Assembly (NCBI RefSeq): GCF_006345805.1
Contig: NC_043007.1
Coordinates: forward strand, 62,186,001-62,250,000
DNA length: 64,000 nucleotides
Reading direction: 5' to 3'
From: Octopus sinensis
Lineage: Eukaryota
Part shown: in pieces, positions 25,913-40,625 of the stretch
How the letters are laid out: every line of letters starts with the position of its first letter
Position numbering within the stretch: the first letter of the stretch is position 1
Position numbers and translations under genes: made by a program
Notes under the pieces: model-generated
The model's input: the letters and a program-made list of their open reading frames with translations, nothing else
The model's database searches: none
What the model was told of the DNA's origin: nothing

Positions 25913-26189
25913 TAATTTATTAACAAATGATGGAACCTGGAGAAGAGGGAAATTGAAGTGATAAAAGATGACCTGAAGATAATGCATCTCACAGAGGAGA
26001 TGACAAAGAGCCATACTGATTAGTGATATGCTGTGCAGCAAAAGACTTGACTAGCCATGGTGAAATGTGCTGAAGTGATGGTAGTGATAGAAGTTGGGAT
26101 CTCTATAAGTGTATATATATTTATACATGTGAGTGCATATGCATATATACATGTGTGTGTGTGTGTTTAAGTATATGTATCCTGTCAAG

Positions 26190-26232
<43 letters not shown>

Positions 26233-26801
26233 ATATCTTGTTTTTCTGAAAATTTTTCCATATTTAAAACAGGAAAAATTTAGGTGGGTCAGGTTTGTTA
26301 TCATTCTGCTTTGCAATGGCAAAATTACTATTTACATTTTTTCTTCCATGCTTTTGTGAATGAAGTCAAACAAAATGTCAAAAAATAAAAAAAAGTTTTC
26401 TAGAGTTAATATCAATGAAATGAATTAAAACTTGCCTCACAAAATCATTTTACATAACATGAAACAAATAACAAATCTAAATCTAAATCATGTAAAAAAG
26501 TTATGGAAACATTTGTAATCCAGGTAGAAACAACAAGAATGAGAAGAAACACATCTATTCAAGTTGACAACCAGTAATAATAATAATGATCCTTTCTACT
26601 AAAGGCATAAGAAGTAGTGGGGGTGGGGCTTGTCAATTATATCGACCCTAGTGCATAACTGGTACTTATTTCCTTGATCCTGAAAGGATGATAGGCTAAG
26701 TTGACCTCAATGGAATTTGAACTCAAAATGCAGGGACTCCCAAAATGCTGCTAAGCATTTTGTCCAGCATGCTTATGATTCTACCAGCTTGCCACCCTAA
26801 T

Positions 26802-26857
<56 letters not shown>

Positions 26858-28137
26858 GGGCATAGGTCTGAAATTTTGAGAGGAGTGAGAAAATCAATTG
26901 CATTGACTTCAACCCCAGTATTGTATAGTACTTATGTTATTAACCCTAAAAGGGAAGAAAGGCAAATTTGACTTTGGCAGAATTTGAACTCAGAATGTAA
27001 AGCCTTTAGAAATGCTGCTAAGCATTTTGACCAGTTTGCCAATAATTCTGCCAGCTCACCACTTTAATAATATTAATTATGTTTCCTTTATTAACCAGCA
27101 AGAGTCAGTGAAAACAAGGATGGTACAGGACAATAAAATGTGAAATTATGCCTCGATATACAAGTTGATTTGTTCCTGGAGACTGCTCGTAAAGAGAAAA
27201 TTCATAAAGCAGAGCAATAATTTCCCATAGTAGCAATGTTGTAAACTGTAATTCATTCCAAGAAAAGTATTTTACAAATAAAATTTATCATACTTGTAAA
27301 TAAATGGCAATAAAGCAACAGTAGAATGTAAAAAATATTTTATGTAAAGTAAAAAGAATGTCAGGGTCATTTATAATAAAAAAAATATTACTATTTTAAT
27401 CTTTTCACTCGCACTATGCTTGTGCACATCATCATTTGTTGACGTGATCACTGATTTACAAGCACTCATAGACAGACTTGTAGATTTCTCATTAAAAAAC
27501 ACATCTAGAGTTGTTTGCTTAGAAGAAACTTTTATTCTGTCACTATATACAGCTGTGTAGATACATCACAACCAGTGTTTCTGCATGTTGCAACATTGCC
27601 ACACACACAAAATGGCTGTTTAAACTTTTTATATTTATTGTAAAATAAAGTAAGTCCTTATAAAGTGAGGTATACTGTATATATTTTTTATTTTGTAGTT
27701 GCTATTCTTCAGATTTCCCTCCCATAATCTTTCATCAAATAATTAACTAATTATTTATGCATTAATGCAATAATTTTATTTTGTTGGTAGCACTTTCATG
27801 ATCCACAGTTTAGCACCACAACTTATTCTTTGTCAACAACAAAGTTCCCTCTGATACAAACCATCAGGGTAGGTATGATTATAACATGTTATATTTTAAC
27901 ACATTGCTTACAACAGCACATTTCGTGGCAAAAAGCGCTTTTTTAGTAAAAGGCTTTGCAATATATATATATATCATGCTGGTGCCATGATATAATGTAC
28001 CCACTACATTCAGTAAAATGGTTGATGTTAGGAAGGTCTCCAAACTGTAAAAACCTCCCTATAAATAAACTTTACGACTGAGATATTGTATTTGGCCCAT
28101 TTAGGAAGGCTATAACTCCAAATAAGAAACTGATTTG

Positions 28138-28267
28138 GATGGACAGACAGACAGACAGACAGACATGGATGGATGGATGGATGGATGGATGGATGGATGG
28201 ATGGATGGATGGATGGATGGATGGATGGATGGATGGAAGGAAGGAAGGAAGGAAGGAAGGAAGGAAG
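28138..28267 (+). repeat. Compound microsatellite (GACA)n(TGGA)n(GGAA)n
   Basis: Directly visible in the sequence. Confidence 0.95.
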
Positions 28268-29109
28268 ATAACCTGGTCCTAGATAAATTACATCTTACTC
28301 AAAAATGGTAAGGTCAGAGTTTCAATGATTTTGATAATAATTATGTTCAACCATGGCTGATCTGGAGTTAAACCACAATGGAGAGAGAGAGAGAGAGAGA
28401 GACAGAGACAGACAGACAGACTGACAGGGACAGACAGACAGACAGAAACAGACAGATAGACAGACAAAATTTGATAGATGTTCATGTTTTATGCTACTTA
28501 TTTACCTTCTGACCTTTAGGAATGAGAGACTGGATTAATTTGACCTAAAATAATAAAAGAAAAACACATAACATTAAATTACAATTTGTTGATTTTTGCA
28601 ACTCATTTTTACAGTAACTATGGAGTGAGGAATTTCATCAGCATCATTCTCATTATCATCATCATCATTACCACCATCACCACCATCATTATTGTCATCA
28701 GCACTATAATTGCTTGACATTATTTGCTTTGAACTAGACTTCAAACATGCCTTGTTACCATCGAAGACCAAATTTGAAACAGAACACAAAATTCAACTGC
28801 CACCTCATAATATGAGGATATGTATGTTCAAAAGTGAATTATCATATAGTTCAAATGTTAACTCCAAAACATATCATCATCATCATCATCATCACAAGTT
28901 TAGCATCTTTTTTCATGTTTATATGGATCACATCTTACTGAGGCAGATTTTCTGTGGCTAGATGCTCTTCTTGTTGACAACTCTCACCTATTTCCATGGA
29001 AGATTGGAACCATGTGACATTACTTCTTTGACAGTGACACTCATTTAAAACTATTTTGCAACATCAAGGCAAGAAGGCATAAGCACACGCACACATCCAT
29101 GCACACATA

Positions 29110-31385
29110 TCATCATCATCATCATCATCGTCATCATCATCATCATCATCATTATCATCATCATTTAATGTCTGCTTTCTATGCTGGCATGGGTTGGATG
29201 GTTTGACTGAAAACTGGTAAGTTGGCGGGCTGCAACAGGTTCCAATCTGATCTGGCAAAGTTTCTACAGCTGGATGCCCTACTTAATGCCAACCACTCTG
29301 AGAGTGTAGTGGGTACTCTTTACGTGCCACCAACATGGGTGCCATTGACCTGACACCAGTATCAGCCATGACCATGGTCTCACTTGGCTTGACAGGTCAA
29401 CACAAGCACAGTATATAGCCAAGGGTCTTGCTCACCTGTTACTGTCTCTATAAGGCCCAATGCTTGAATGGTGCTTTTTACATGCCACCAGCACAGGCAT
29501 TGACACTGACATCAATCACAACTATGATTTCACTCAATTCAACAAGTCTTCACAAGCACAGCATATTACCCAATGATTGGAGGGTGCTTTTAATGGGCCA
29601 GTTACTCAACACTGGCATTGGCCATGACTACGATCTCACTCAGCATGATGCCACTGCCTCCACAAGGCCCAATGCATGAATGGTGCTTTTTACAGGAGGC
29701 TCAATGCATGAATGGTGCATTTTACATGTCACTGGCATGGGTGTCAGTCAGACAGCACTGACATCATCCACAACTATGATTTCCCTTGGTTTGATAGGTC
29801 TTCACAAGCACAGCATATCACCCAACGATTGAGGTTGCTTTTAAAGAGCCAGTTAAACGACACTGGCATCAGCCACAACTATGATCTCACTTGGCTTGAC
29901 AGGTCTTCTCAAGCATGGTCTCGGTCATATGTTGTTGCCTCTGTGAGGTCCAACATACAAAGATCATGCTATACTGCCTCATCCCATATCTTCCTGGGTC
30001 TACCTCTTCCACAGGTTCCCTCCACAGTTAGGGATTGGCACTTCTTTACACAACTGTCCTCATCCATACGCATGTCCTTATACATATATCATCATCATCA
30101 TCATCGTTTAACATCCGCTTTCCATGCTAGCATGGGTTGGACGATTTGACTGAGGACTGGCGATCCAGATGGCTGCACCAGACTCCAATCTGATCTGGCA
30201 GAGTTTCTACAGCTGGATGCCCTTCCTAACGCCAACCACTTCGAGAGTGTAGTGTTTTTTCACATGGCCAGCCAGGCGGTACTGGCAACAGCCACACTCA
30301 AATGGTGTTTTTTATGTGCCACCTGCACAGGAGCCAGTCCAGCGGCACTGGCAACAACCATGCTTGAATGTGTTTTCATGTGCCACCAGCACAAGTGCCA
30401 GTAAGGCGATGCTGGTAACGATCATGCTCAAATGACGCTTTTTATGTGCCACTGGCACAGAAGCCAGTCAGCTGCTCTGGCAACGATCATGCTTGGATGG
30501 TGCTCTTAGCACCCCACTAACACGGATGCCAGTCATCGAATTTGATTTTGATTTCACTTGCCTCAACAAGTCTTCACAAGCAGAGTTTAGTGTCCAATGA
30601 AGGAAAGGTATGCATAAGTGGGCTGGTTACACTCCTGGCATAGGCCATGAGGTTATGGTCTCACTTGGCTTGCCGGGTCTTCTCAAGCACAGCATATTTC
30701 CAAAGGTCTCGGTCACTAGTCATTGCTTTGGTGAGGCCTAATGTTCGAAGGTCGTACTTCACCACTTCATACCATGTCTTCCTGGGTCTACCTCTTCCAC
30801 AGATTCCCTCAGCCGCTAGGATGTGGTACTTTTTCATACAGCTATTCTCATCCTTTCTTGCCACATGACCATACCAGCTCAGTCGTCTCTCTTGCACACC
30901 ACATCTGATGCTTCTTAGGTTCAACATTTCTCTCACACTCTGTTGAGTATGCATACTGACATTACACATCCATCGGAGCATACTGGCTTCATTCCTTGCA
31001 AGCTTATGCATGTCCTCAGCAGTCACGGCCCATGTTTCATTGCCATCCTGTTCGTACACATGCGTCAAACAGTCCACCATTTACTCTGAGCGACAGGCCC
31101 TTTGTCACCAGCAGAAGTAAGAGCACTCTGAACTTTGCCCAGGCTATTCTTATTCATGCAGCTACACTTTCAGCGCACCCTCCCCCACAACTGACTTGAT
31201 CACCTAGGTAACAGAAGCTATCAACTACTTCTAGTTTTTCTCCCTGGAATGTGGCGGAAGTTGTTCTCTGCACATTTTCAGTGTTTATTGCTCCTGAGCA
31301 TCTGCCACATACAAAAACTATCTTCCCAGTTAGCCTTTCTTTAATATTGCTGCACCTCTTATGTATCCATAGCTTACACTGGGTA
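29110..31385 (-). mobile_element. Two head-to-tail 3' fragments of the same RTE LINE family
   Basis: 30661-31385 is highly similar to 44870-45600 (ETWAVTAEDM, RRLSWYGHV, RGRPRKTW). There are two separate 3' tails (catcatcat...tccatgctagcatgggttgga) at about 29110-29200 and 30088-30140. Confidence 0.9.
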
Positions 31386-31579
31386 CATATATATATTGTA
31401 TAGAGATTGATAACTTTAACAATACTCAGAAACAGGCCTGAACATTAAACTCTCTCCTTTCACTCCACATCCTCATGTTCATTGTGTTCGTTTTTATGTT
31501 TTTTATCCATTTATTTCAATTGTTGGAAAACGGACGATAAACGATGATGTTGATGATGATATATATATATTTATGTGTA

Positions 31580-31610
<31 letters not shown>

Positions 31611-31776
31611 GTGTGTATATATGTATATATGTATCTATGTATATATGTATATATATATAAATACCAGTTGATCACTGGGGTTGATGCAATAAACTTACCC
31701 CCTCCCCCGAAATTGCAGGCCTGGTGCTAAAATTTTGAATTGTTGTTGTCATTGTTGCCATCATCATTATTATTAT

Positions 31777-33548
31777 CCCTGGTCTACAAAGTTTTTGCTG
31801 TTTAGGAAATAGACATCGTTCCTATACAAAATCGGTCTCCTGAATCCAAATATAACCTTCTTTTTGGCCTATCAGATCTAGTGTTTAAGTTATTGAATCC
31901 TATATTCATTTGGACGATTACTATTTTTGTAATCTAAATTTGAAGGGTATTAACCGGAAAAATTGACAAACGCTTGTCTATCCTAATCTTGCTTCTGCTA
32001 TTTGACCAGTTCCACACAGTGAAGAGCTTCCTGTTCCTGTCTTCAATGTCTTGCCTCAGATAATTTTACCCTCAATCAAAGAAGATTCATCACCTGAAGA
32101 TCAAGACTTTCCAGTTGAGACTTTACTTCAGCTATTCCCCCAGGTAGAGTTGAATGGTCTAGTTCATGACTTGAACCTCCCCCAAAATTCTGCAGAACTG
32201 TTGGCTCCTGACTGAAAGAGAAGAATTTTCTAGAGAATGGTGTCTGTATAACCTTTTATCAGTGTCAGCATGAAGAGTTCTTTTCTTTCTTCACTAAAGA
32301 GGAAGAGCTGGTTTACTGCAGAGATGTCAGTGGGCTTCTTAATAAACTTGGCATTGAGGAATACAAACCAGAGGAATGGCATCTTTTCATAGACAGCGCT
32401 AAGCATAGTTTAAAATGGGTATTGTTGCACAATGGAAATGTGTATGGCTCTGTCCCACTCGGCCACTCAGCAACTCTGAAGGAAAAATATGAAGGAATCA
32501 AGTTGGTTTTAGAGAAGATACTGTATCATGAATATAAATGGGTCATCTGAGTTTTCTTAAAGATGGTGAATTTTCTCATAGGACAGCAGTCTAGTTATAC
32601 CCAATATCCATGATTTCTTTGCATGTGGGACAGTAGAGACCGAGTAAACCACTATGTTAAGAAAGACTGGCTGTCTCCAAGAAATATGGCTCCATGTAGA
32701 GCTGCTAATATATTGGAGAAACCTTTAATTGAGAAAAATAAGATCATTTTCTTCCCTTTGCACATCAAACTTGGATTGATCAAACAATTTGTAAAAGCTC
32801 TTGACAAAAATGGGGGTGCTTCAAGTATATCTGCAGTGTATTTCCAGACTTGACGACTGAAAAACTTAGAGCAGGGATTTTTGATGGACCACAGATCAGC
32901 AAGCTTTTGAAGGACACAAATTTTGTGAAAACAATGAGTGAAAATGAAGCATCAGCTTGCAGAAGTAGTGCAAAATTTCTTTGGGAAACACAAAAGTGAA
33001 AACTATAAAGACCTTGTCACCAACTTGATATCAATTTTTCATGATATTGATGCCAATACGAGCATCAAAAGGCATTATCATTTTAGTCATCTTTATTGTT
33101 TTCCTAAAAATCTTAGAGATGTTAGCAATGAACAAGGCAAACGATTCTATCAGGACATCAAGGAGATGAAAACTCAGTACCAAGGACGTTGGGACACTGT
33201 GATGATGGGAGACTGTTGCTGGTGTTTAAAACGAGATAGTCCTGTGGTTTATGATGCACAAAAAGCGTAAATTTATTCCTTGAATTTTCTGCCAAAAATC
33301 TTTGCCAATGTGCATTTTCAATTTTGAATTTTTATTTGTACTTTGTTTTGTTTTGTGTTATGCTCTCTTTATTGATTCATATTATATGCCTCTTGTATGA
33401 ATAAAATACTTATTCTATCAGGTCTAGTTAGAAAACTAGACCTGATAGAGAAAAACTGAAGTTATTTTTGAATTTAGCAGGCAAAATCACTTTAGAATTC
33501 ATTGAAATACTGCAGGCACCAGACAAAAAAAAGTTTTGTTGCCCAGTG
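31777..33548 (+). mobile_element. Chapaev3 (CMC superfamily) transposon, decayed and internally deleted
   Basis: Motifs EEWHLFIDSAKHSLKWVLLHNGN, GQQSSYT.YP..LCMWDSR, PLHIKLGLIKQFVKALDK, GIFDGPQI and EQG.RFYQDIK..YQGRWD..MMGDCCW. Termini ccctggtctacaaa ... tttgttgcccagtg. Confidence 0.85.
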
Positions 33549-35975
33549 TTGTGTTGTTGTTACTATTATTATTACTATTATTATTAGTAGTAGTGGTGGT
33601 GGTGTGGGTTGGTAGAATCTTTTGAGCATTAGACAAAATATCTTGCAATATTTCATTTTTGGATCTTTACTTTTTGAGTTCAAATCCAGCCGAAGTCCAC
33701 TTTGTGCCTTTCATCCTTCTCTTTTCAATTAGTTCAGGATTTCATCATTGAAATACTTTTTCTGTTCTTTCTTGCTTTGCTATAATACAATTTTACAGAA
33801 CCAATGATGGAATGTGAGCTTAAAGTTTTCACCTCTCTTTCACTAATCCAATGAAAATTATTTTTAAAAAAGGGGTATTTTCTCAACCTCTGACAATCCA
33901 ATGAAATGAATTGACAAATAAATCATCTGCTGAAAGACGAGTCCAGCAAAGTATGTTTATCAAAAGCAAATATTAAACAATGTCAATGTTGTAAAGTTTG
34001 TAAATCAGTCACAATATTTAAACTTTGATAGCAATAACATCAAGAACAACAAATATGCTGACTGAGAAGAATTAGTTATGTTGGTAGAATCTGTCTCTTA
34101 TTTTCCTATTGTTCACAGCTAGCTGAATTGAGAATATATGACCCAACAGGCTGACAAGTTAACAATTTGTGATATATGGCTGTTAATGTATTTTATCTTT
34201 GAAACTATTACAATTCAGGTTCAATGCTTTTAATCTATCTAACTACTTCATCTGTCAAACAAGTATCTTGAGAGAGGAGTGAATTAACAGAGTTTCAGAT
34301 TAAGCAACACCAACTCCCCACCCACTACGCCCATCTCCATAATGTTTATTTCTGTTTCATCATCACTTTAGCATCCACTTTTCCATGATTGCATAGGTTG
34401 GTAAGAATTCGTTGAGATAGATTTTTCAATGGCTTGATGATGCCTTTCTATCTCCAACCCTCACCTGTTTCCAAGCAAGGTAACATTTTCCCATGGCTGG
34501 ACAAGTTTTCATGGAAGATTGGAAGCACAAAGAGCACTGCTTGCATGAGTGTGAGGTTCGTTTATAACAACCACTCAATGTCAAAACAAGGAGATAGAAA
34601 CATACATATGTAGTGGCTTCATGCAGGCATAGCATGGATTTGATCCTCAATAGCCAAATTTCACTTTATAGTTCAACAGCACTTTTCTCATGGTAAAATA
34701 ACAGTTGTTTTGTGAGTGACAGCAGTTACATTTACCAGATGCCTTTGCTAAGCAGAATAATGTTTTCACCACTTGACCCTCCTAGCCTCTTCTAGGAAAT
34801 CTGTTGTTCTACCACCGAAATCTGTTGTTCTCAACAATATGCCTTTCCCTTTGGCTGGTTTTGGATTGTTATAAAAACAGTCAGTTTGTGAGAAGCAAGT
34901 CTGGCTGACCAGCTGAACAAAACACCAGCTCTGAAGGAAAAGGCACAATTGGACAACTATGGTAACTCACCAACGAAGCAGTTGTTTCATCCCACCACTC
35001 TCACTTTCACTAACAAACTTTCTTTTCTCTGTAACATTACCATATCTCTCTATATATACTACTATGAGATCGTGTACACACATATACAGGCCGAAATTAA
35101 CTATCTTTACTTTGCATGCTTTATGAACTGTGTTATACTATTACACTAGCCTACCTGCCGTGGTATGGCATATGTTAAAGTAACAGTAAATAAATATTTC
35201 TTTACAACTTTGATCAACCACCGCCTTAACAACAACTGTTAACAATTGGTGACCCTCGACTGCAACGAAGAAATAACCATTACACATGCATATGATACAC
35301 ACACACATATATACACACATACACACATATGTATTAAGGGACCAGCCACAGCAGCTAAAGTTCAAAACCGAATCCCCATTTTTTATTGTCAGATAAATGT
35401 TGTTACACACACACACATACACACGCACACATATGTACACATATAAAAATACTAACCAGTGGTTTAAAAAGTTAGAATGTAAATGCTCTGCATATAGTTT
35501 TAGGTCACCCACTCTTACAAATACTGTTATATGTTACCATTGTACTGTTATATGTTAAATTTAACCTACATCAGTTGATATATACATCTTATATTTCTTT
35601 CTGAATCATGTTTTTGAAACACGTGCAAATTGACATGGCAAAGATGTTAATCATTCTTTATTCAGTTCATGACTGAGAGAGATTTAATTTGGTCATGCAT
35701 TTTATCTGTCTCTTTTATTTTTTATCTGTTTCATTCATTAGACTGTGGCCATGTTGGGGCACTACCTTCAAAAATTTTAGTCAAATGAATCAACCTCAGC
35801 ACTCATCTTTTTTTAAACCTGGTACTTATTCTATCTATCTCTTTTGCTGAACTGTTAAGTTACACACCAACACTGGTTGTTAAGTGGTGGTGGAGGACAA
35901 ACACAGACACCACACACACACACACACACAAACACACGCGCGCACACACACACATACATGCACACACACACATTA

Positions 35976-37322
35976 TTGAGTCATCCGATAATTAATGCAG
36001 TGTTTTCAATTGCACAAACTAAAAGTCAGAGGGGGGATAGGATAAAGCATCTGAATCAACTTGCTATAAAAGCAGTTATTTAATTTTACATTGTCCTTAT
36101 TCTTAGTGCAAGTTTTGAAGAGTGCAGCTTGATTTTGATAGTTATTTTCTCAAAGCTATAATGGAAGTGACAAAGGAGCATATTCGGCATATTTTGCTTT
36201 ATGAGTTCAATAAAGGCGACAACATAACAGAAAGTGCAAGGAATATCAATGCAGTCTATGGAGATCAGATAATAAGTGTAAGCCAGTGTCAATGGTGGTT
36301 CCAGAAATTCCGAGTCAGAAACTACAGCCTAGAAGGCGAGCCTTGTCCTGAAAGAAATGTAAAGCTTGATGAGGACATCTGGCAAACCCCGGTGGAACAA
36401 AATTCCATCATAACTATTGAGGAGTTAGCAGAGAAGCTTGGATTTGGTCATTCAGCAATTCATCAACACTTACATGCCATCAGAAAAGTCAGTAAATTGG
36501 GTCAATGGGTTCCTCCCAAACTTTCCAAGTCTAATCATGTGCAGAGAGTGAATGTGTACTCTTCTTTGTTATCACATCTCACAAATGAACCTTTTTTGGA
36601 CCAAATAGTAACTGGTGATGAGAAATGGATTCTCTATAAAAATGTCAAGCGCCGAAGACAGTGGATAGGGAAAGGAGAAACACCAGCACTCAAGCCTGAA
36701 GAGAGTCTTTACTCATGTAAGGTGTTGTTATCTGTTTGGTGGGATATGAAAGGTTTAGGCCAAGTTGAACTTTTAAATTCAAACCAAAGGAGATCTACTG
36801 CAAGTAGCTGGAGCAGCTTAAGTCAGTGCTAGAAGAAAAATGACCATCTTCGGTTTCATGATGAAAGGTGTCATTTAACCATTCATCAACAGTTGTGTGC
36901 CATTAGAAAACAATCATCTTTGGTTTCAAGATGAAAGGTGTACTTCCATCAGGATAATGCTCAGTCACATGGAACGAAGATGACATTCCAAAGGCTGGAA
37001 CAGTTTGAATAGGAAATGATTCCCCACCCACCATATTCACTGGACATTTCCCCATCTGATTATCATTTATTCTGCAGACTTCAAAATCATTTGGATGGGA
37101 AAATATGAATTCTGTCAATGGGACCAGAATAGTACTAGAAGAGTATTTTTCATCATGAACAAGTGAATTTTGGAAGAGGGGCTCTGAAAGTCTACCAGAT
37201 AGATGAAAGAGCACTGTAGAAAATGAAGGAGAGTATATTTTAGATTAAAAAAGGACTGTGTTTACATTGATTTTGAAAAATAAAAGAAGTACAAAAAACG
37301 CATTATTTATGGGATGATCCAA
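35976..37322 (+). mobile_element. Near full-length mariner transposon with pseudogenised transposase
   Basis: TIRs ttgagtcatccgataattaatgc / gcattatttatgggatgatccaa flanked by TA. The ORF from 36161 reads MEVTKEHIRHILLYEF..WVPPKL..IVTGDEKW..WWDMKG; after a frameshift it gives HQDNA..HPPYSLDISPSDYHLF. It is inserted in the CA tract of a SINE. Confidence 0.95.
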
Positions 37323-38554
37323 TATATATATATATATATAAGTATGTATGTAAAGTACAACCAGCTGAAATTGCAAAGATAATCTGGAACTCGACTGAGG
37401 AAAGAAAACTCTGAATGACCCATCCTTGTTTTCTTTGTATCGTCTGTCTGGATGTTTTGCGTTCTTGTCCCATTTTTGTATTTTATATATATATATATAT
37501 ATATATATGACAGACTTCTATCAGTTCCTGTCTACCAAATCCACTCACAAGGCTTAGGTCAGCAAAAAACTATAATAGAAAACACTTGCCCAAGGTGCCA
37601 TACAGTGGGACTGAACACAGAACCATGTGGTTGGGAAGCAAATTTCTTACCATAGCCACTTTTGTAATAGCTTTTGTAAATTTTGCAATAAGTGATACAG
37701 GAGAATTAAGGCCATTGCTATTTGCAGCTTTATTCAACAGCACATAATTCACTCTAGGCACAAGCATGTCTGTGTAGTTAAGAATTTTACTTCACAAACA
37801 AGTGGCTTCTGGTTCAAACCAACAGTGTGCATCTAGGTTAACCAATGCATCCTGTCCTAGGTCAACCAATATGTTCTGAGAGAATTTAGTAGGAGAAAAC
37901 TTTTTGGAAGCCTGTCATATATATATAGATATGTGTGTGTCTATGTGCATGTCTTTGTGATTGACCACCCCAATCACTTGTCAACCAGTATTGCTTTGTT
38001 TATGTCCCCACAAAAAGTTTGACAAAAAGATACCAATAGAATAAAAAGCTAAGTATTGGGTTTGATTTATTCAACAAATACAAACAATGATCTAATTTGA
38101 AAGAAACTATTTTCTTATTTCGAATCATTTTTCTTTTCCAATCTTTTGTCATGAATAATTTCTTTTGCTTTCAATGCCTCAACCTATTTGTAACCATACT
38201 TCTGTTGAAATAAACTGCCATGGTTTCAATTAATTTTGAAAATAACAAAGAATTTAATAAATAACTGTCAATATTAAGCTGGCAATTGGAACATAAATTA
38301 ACATGAAAATATGATGGATGGTTTTAATTTAAATCACTAAAAATGGGAAGCACAGAATCAAGAGCAGTGTCAGGTGAATTGGTGCCCAAAGGGTTTTACA
38401 TGGGTGAAAAGTTATCAAAGCAAAAATGTAATATAATGTTGGATGGTAATTTAGGATTTCAGTAAATTTAGCAATGGGATCTCTAATATTAAAATAACAA
38501 AATTCATTTTTTACTATATAATCAATATACGTATATTCATTATATTTTCATCAT

Positions 38555-39130
38555 TTAGTGCAGTCTATGGGATAAGATGTGCAGAAACATGACAATGACA
38601 TGTATTGGAGATACATCACACAGCGTAGGAGAGTGATAAAAGAAAACTGGCAAGAACTGAAAGAGGAGAAAAGCTCATCAGTGCTAGACCAAGACGCTAA
38701 ACCAGAACCTGGAGGCTTGAGAAATGACATAGAGCTTAAGATCCTATCCACACAGAACTGACTCAACACTAAGATTACATAGACCATATGCACAATAGAA
38801 AGTAGCCTGAACCTCAACAGAAAATGTGAATGGAATAGTAACTTCCCCATCCCACACCACAGTTTAATGACTAAAGATAAAATAAGGCCCAGGAAAAAAA
38901 GGGAAACACAGATACAAACAGTGCAATATGCATCCCCATACACACATACATATACCAGACACATAGACATCACACAACACGGACACAAATGCATGTGCTG
39001 CAAGGATTACATACCACAGAAAGACAAGATGGGGTAAACAGAATAAGGTCAAAAAGAAGAGAAGACACAGAAAAGAAGAACAAATAATCACTGAGGAAGT
39101 CACAGAATATGTGACAAAATAGCTTTAACA
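38555..39130 (+). mobile_element. Penelope-like element 3' relic (GIY-YIG end and pseudo-LTR with hammerhead-like motif)
   Basis: The remnant ..RVIKENWQELKEEKSSSVL..IELKILS..IESSLNLNRKCEW resembles a GIY-YIG C-terminus. Downstream is CTGAGGA-agtcaca-gaata-tgtgac-AAAAtagct at 39091-39124. Confidence 0.55.
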
Positions 39131-40625
39131 AAATAACTATTGACTAATTAAGCTGAAGTCAAAGTGAAATTGTGCATATGTCTGTTGGCAAAAGGACTGT
39201 CCCTGAATATAATAATATCTGTTTCAACACACAATTCCACATCAAGTATCTTTCAAAACAAATATAAAAACAATTTCAAACAATTTTTCTCATATATGTC
39301 TCGTGACATAAGTTCTTAATGTAGTTCCTTCCTTTATTTCTTCCCCACTCCCTCATTGACTCACTCTTCAACATTATTTGATTTACTTCCCTTTCTTCCA
39401 CTCCCTTTCTATCTCTTCCTCCTTCAGTCTCTCTCTCTCTCTCTTTCTCTGTTTATGCTATCATTTCTCACTCATATGACTGAAAGTTGAAATAAATATC
39501 TGTGGAAATCATTTGTTTACTATTATATATTTCGTGAATATTTCTCAGAGTGGGAAGCAGAAATAGGTCAAATGCATTTTGACTGATGAGTTTTTATCCC
39601 GTGACCAAATCACACTATTACATCATCACCACCACCACCACCACCACCATCATACGGCCCACTTTTCCATGCTTGTGTCAATCAAATGGAATTCATTGAA
39701 GCAAGTTTTCTATACCTGGATGCCCTTCTTGTTATCAACTTTTATCAATTTTCAAGTATGGTAATATTTCCTTCATGGCTGGGCATGTCTTCAAAGAAGA
39801 TTAGAAATGAAGGGCACCACTCATATGATGGTGACACTCATTTACACCTATTGCACAATATCAAGATAAAGGCACCAACATGTACACAGATACATAAATA
39901 CATACATACATTGTCGTCGTCATTGTCATCATAGTTGTTTAACATCTATTTCCCATGCTGGCATGGGTCGTTGGATGGTTTGACTAGAGCTGGCAAGTTG
40001 GAGAGCTGCACCAGGTTGTAGTCTGATTTGGCTTGATATCTGTGACTGGATGCCATTCACAATGCCAACCATTTTGCAGAGTGTGCTGCATGCTTTTTAC
40101 ATGGCTTCAGCATGGGTCCTTTTTAATATGACCCAACACAAGTGAATTTTATGTGACACCAGCATGGTGCTTTTACATGGTACCAGCACAGGTAACTTTT
40201 ACATGGCCAGCATGGGTGCTTTTTACGTGGAATAGACATGGGACTCTTGCAAGACAAGCATCCCTTCAGCTGGGAGGAACACATTAACAATTCTGCTGTA
40301 GTGAACAGGTCTTCTTGAGTACAGCAAGGTATCAGATATTTCAGTTCTTTGTCATCTCCTTCATAAGGCTCAGTGTTCTGAGATCGGCATTCAGTGCTCC
40401 ACAGCAAGTCTTTCTGGGGCTTGCTCTTTCATGGGTTCTATCCACTTTAAGTAATCAGCACTTCTTTATGCAAATGTCAACATTCATCCACATAATGTGA
40501 TCAAACCACACACACAAATACACACAAACAAAAAAGATACATATACATGATAAGCTTCTTTCAGTTTCATTCAATGAAATTCACTCACAAAACTTTGGTT
40601 AGTCCAGAACTAAAGTTGAAGACAC

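Noticed and set aside
34700-35000. Non-repetitive-looking stretch with an acceptor-like ccttttccttcag on minus
   Set aside because: No frame gives a recognisable protein and no matching donor or partner exons were found. It is probably an old repeat and remains unexplained.
37390-37425. CTGAGGA motif (also ctgaggtga..gaaac at about 57930)
   Set aside because: There is no convincing stem II/GAAA/stem I arrangement, so it is too degenerate to call a hammerhead.
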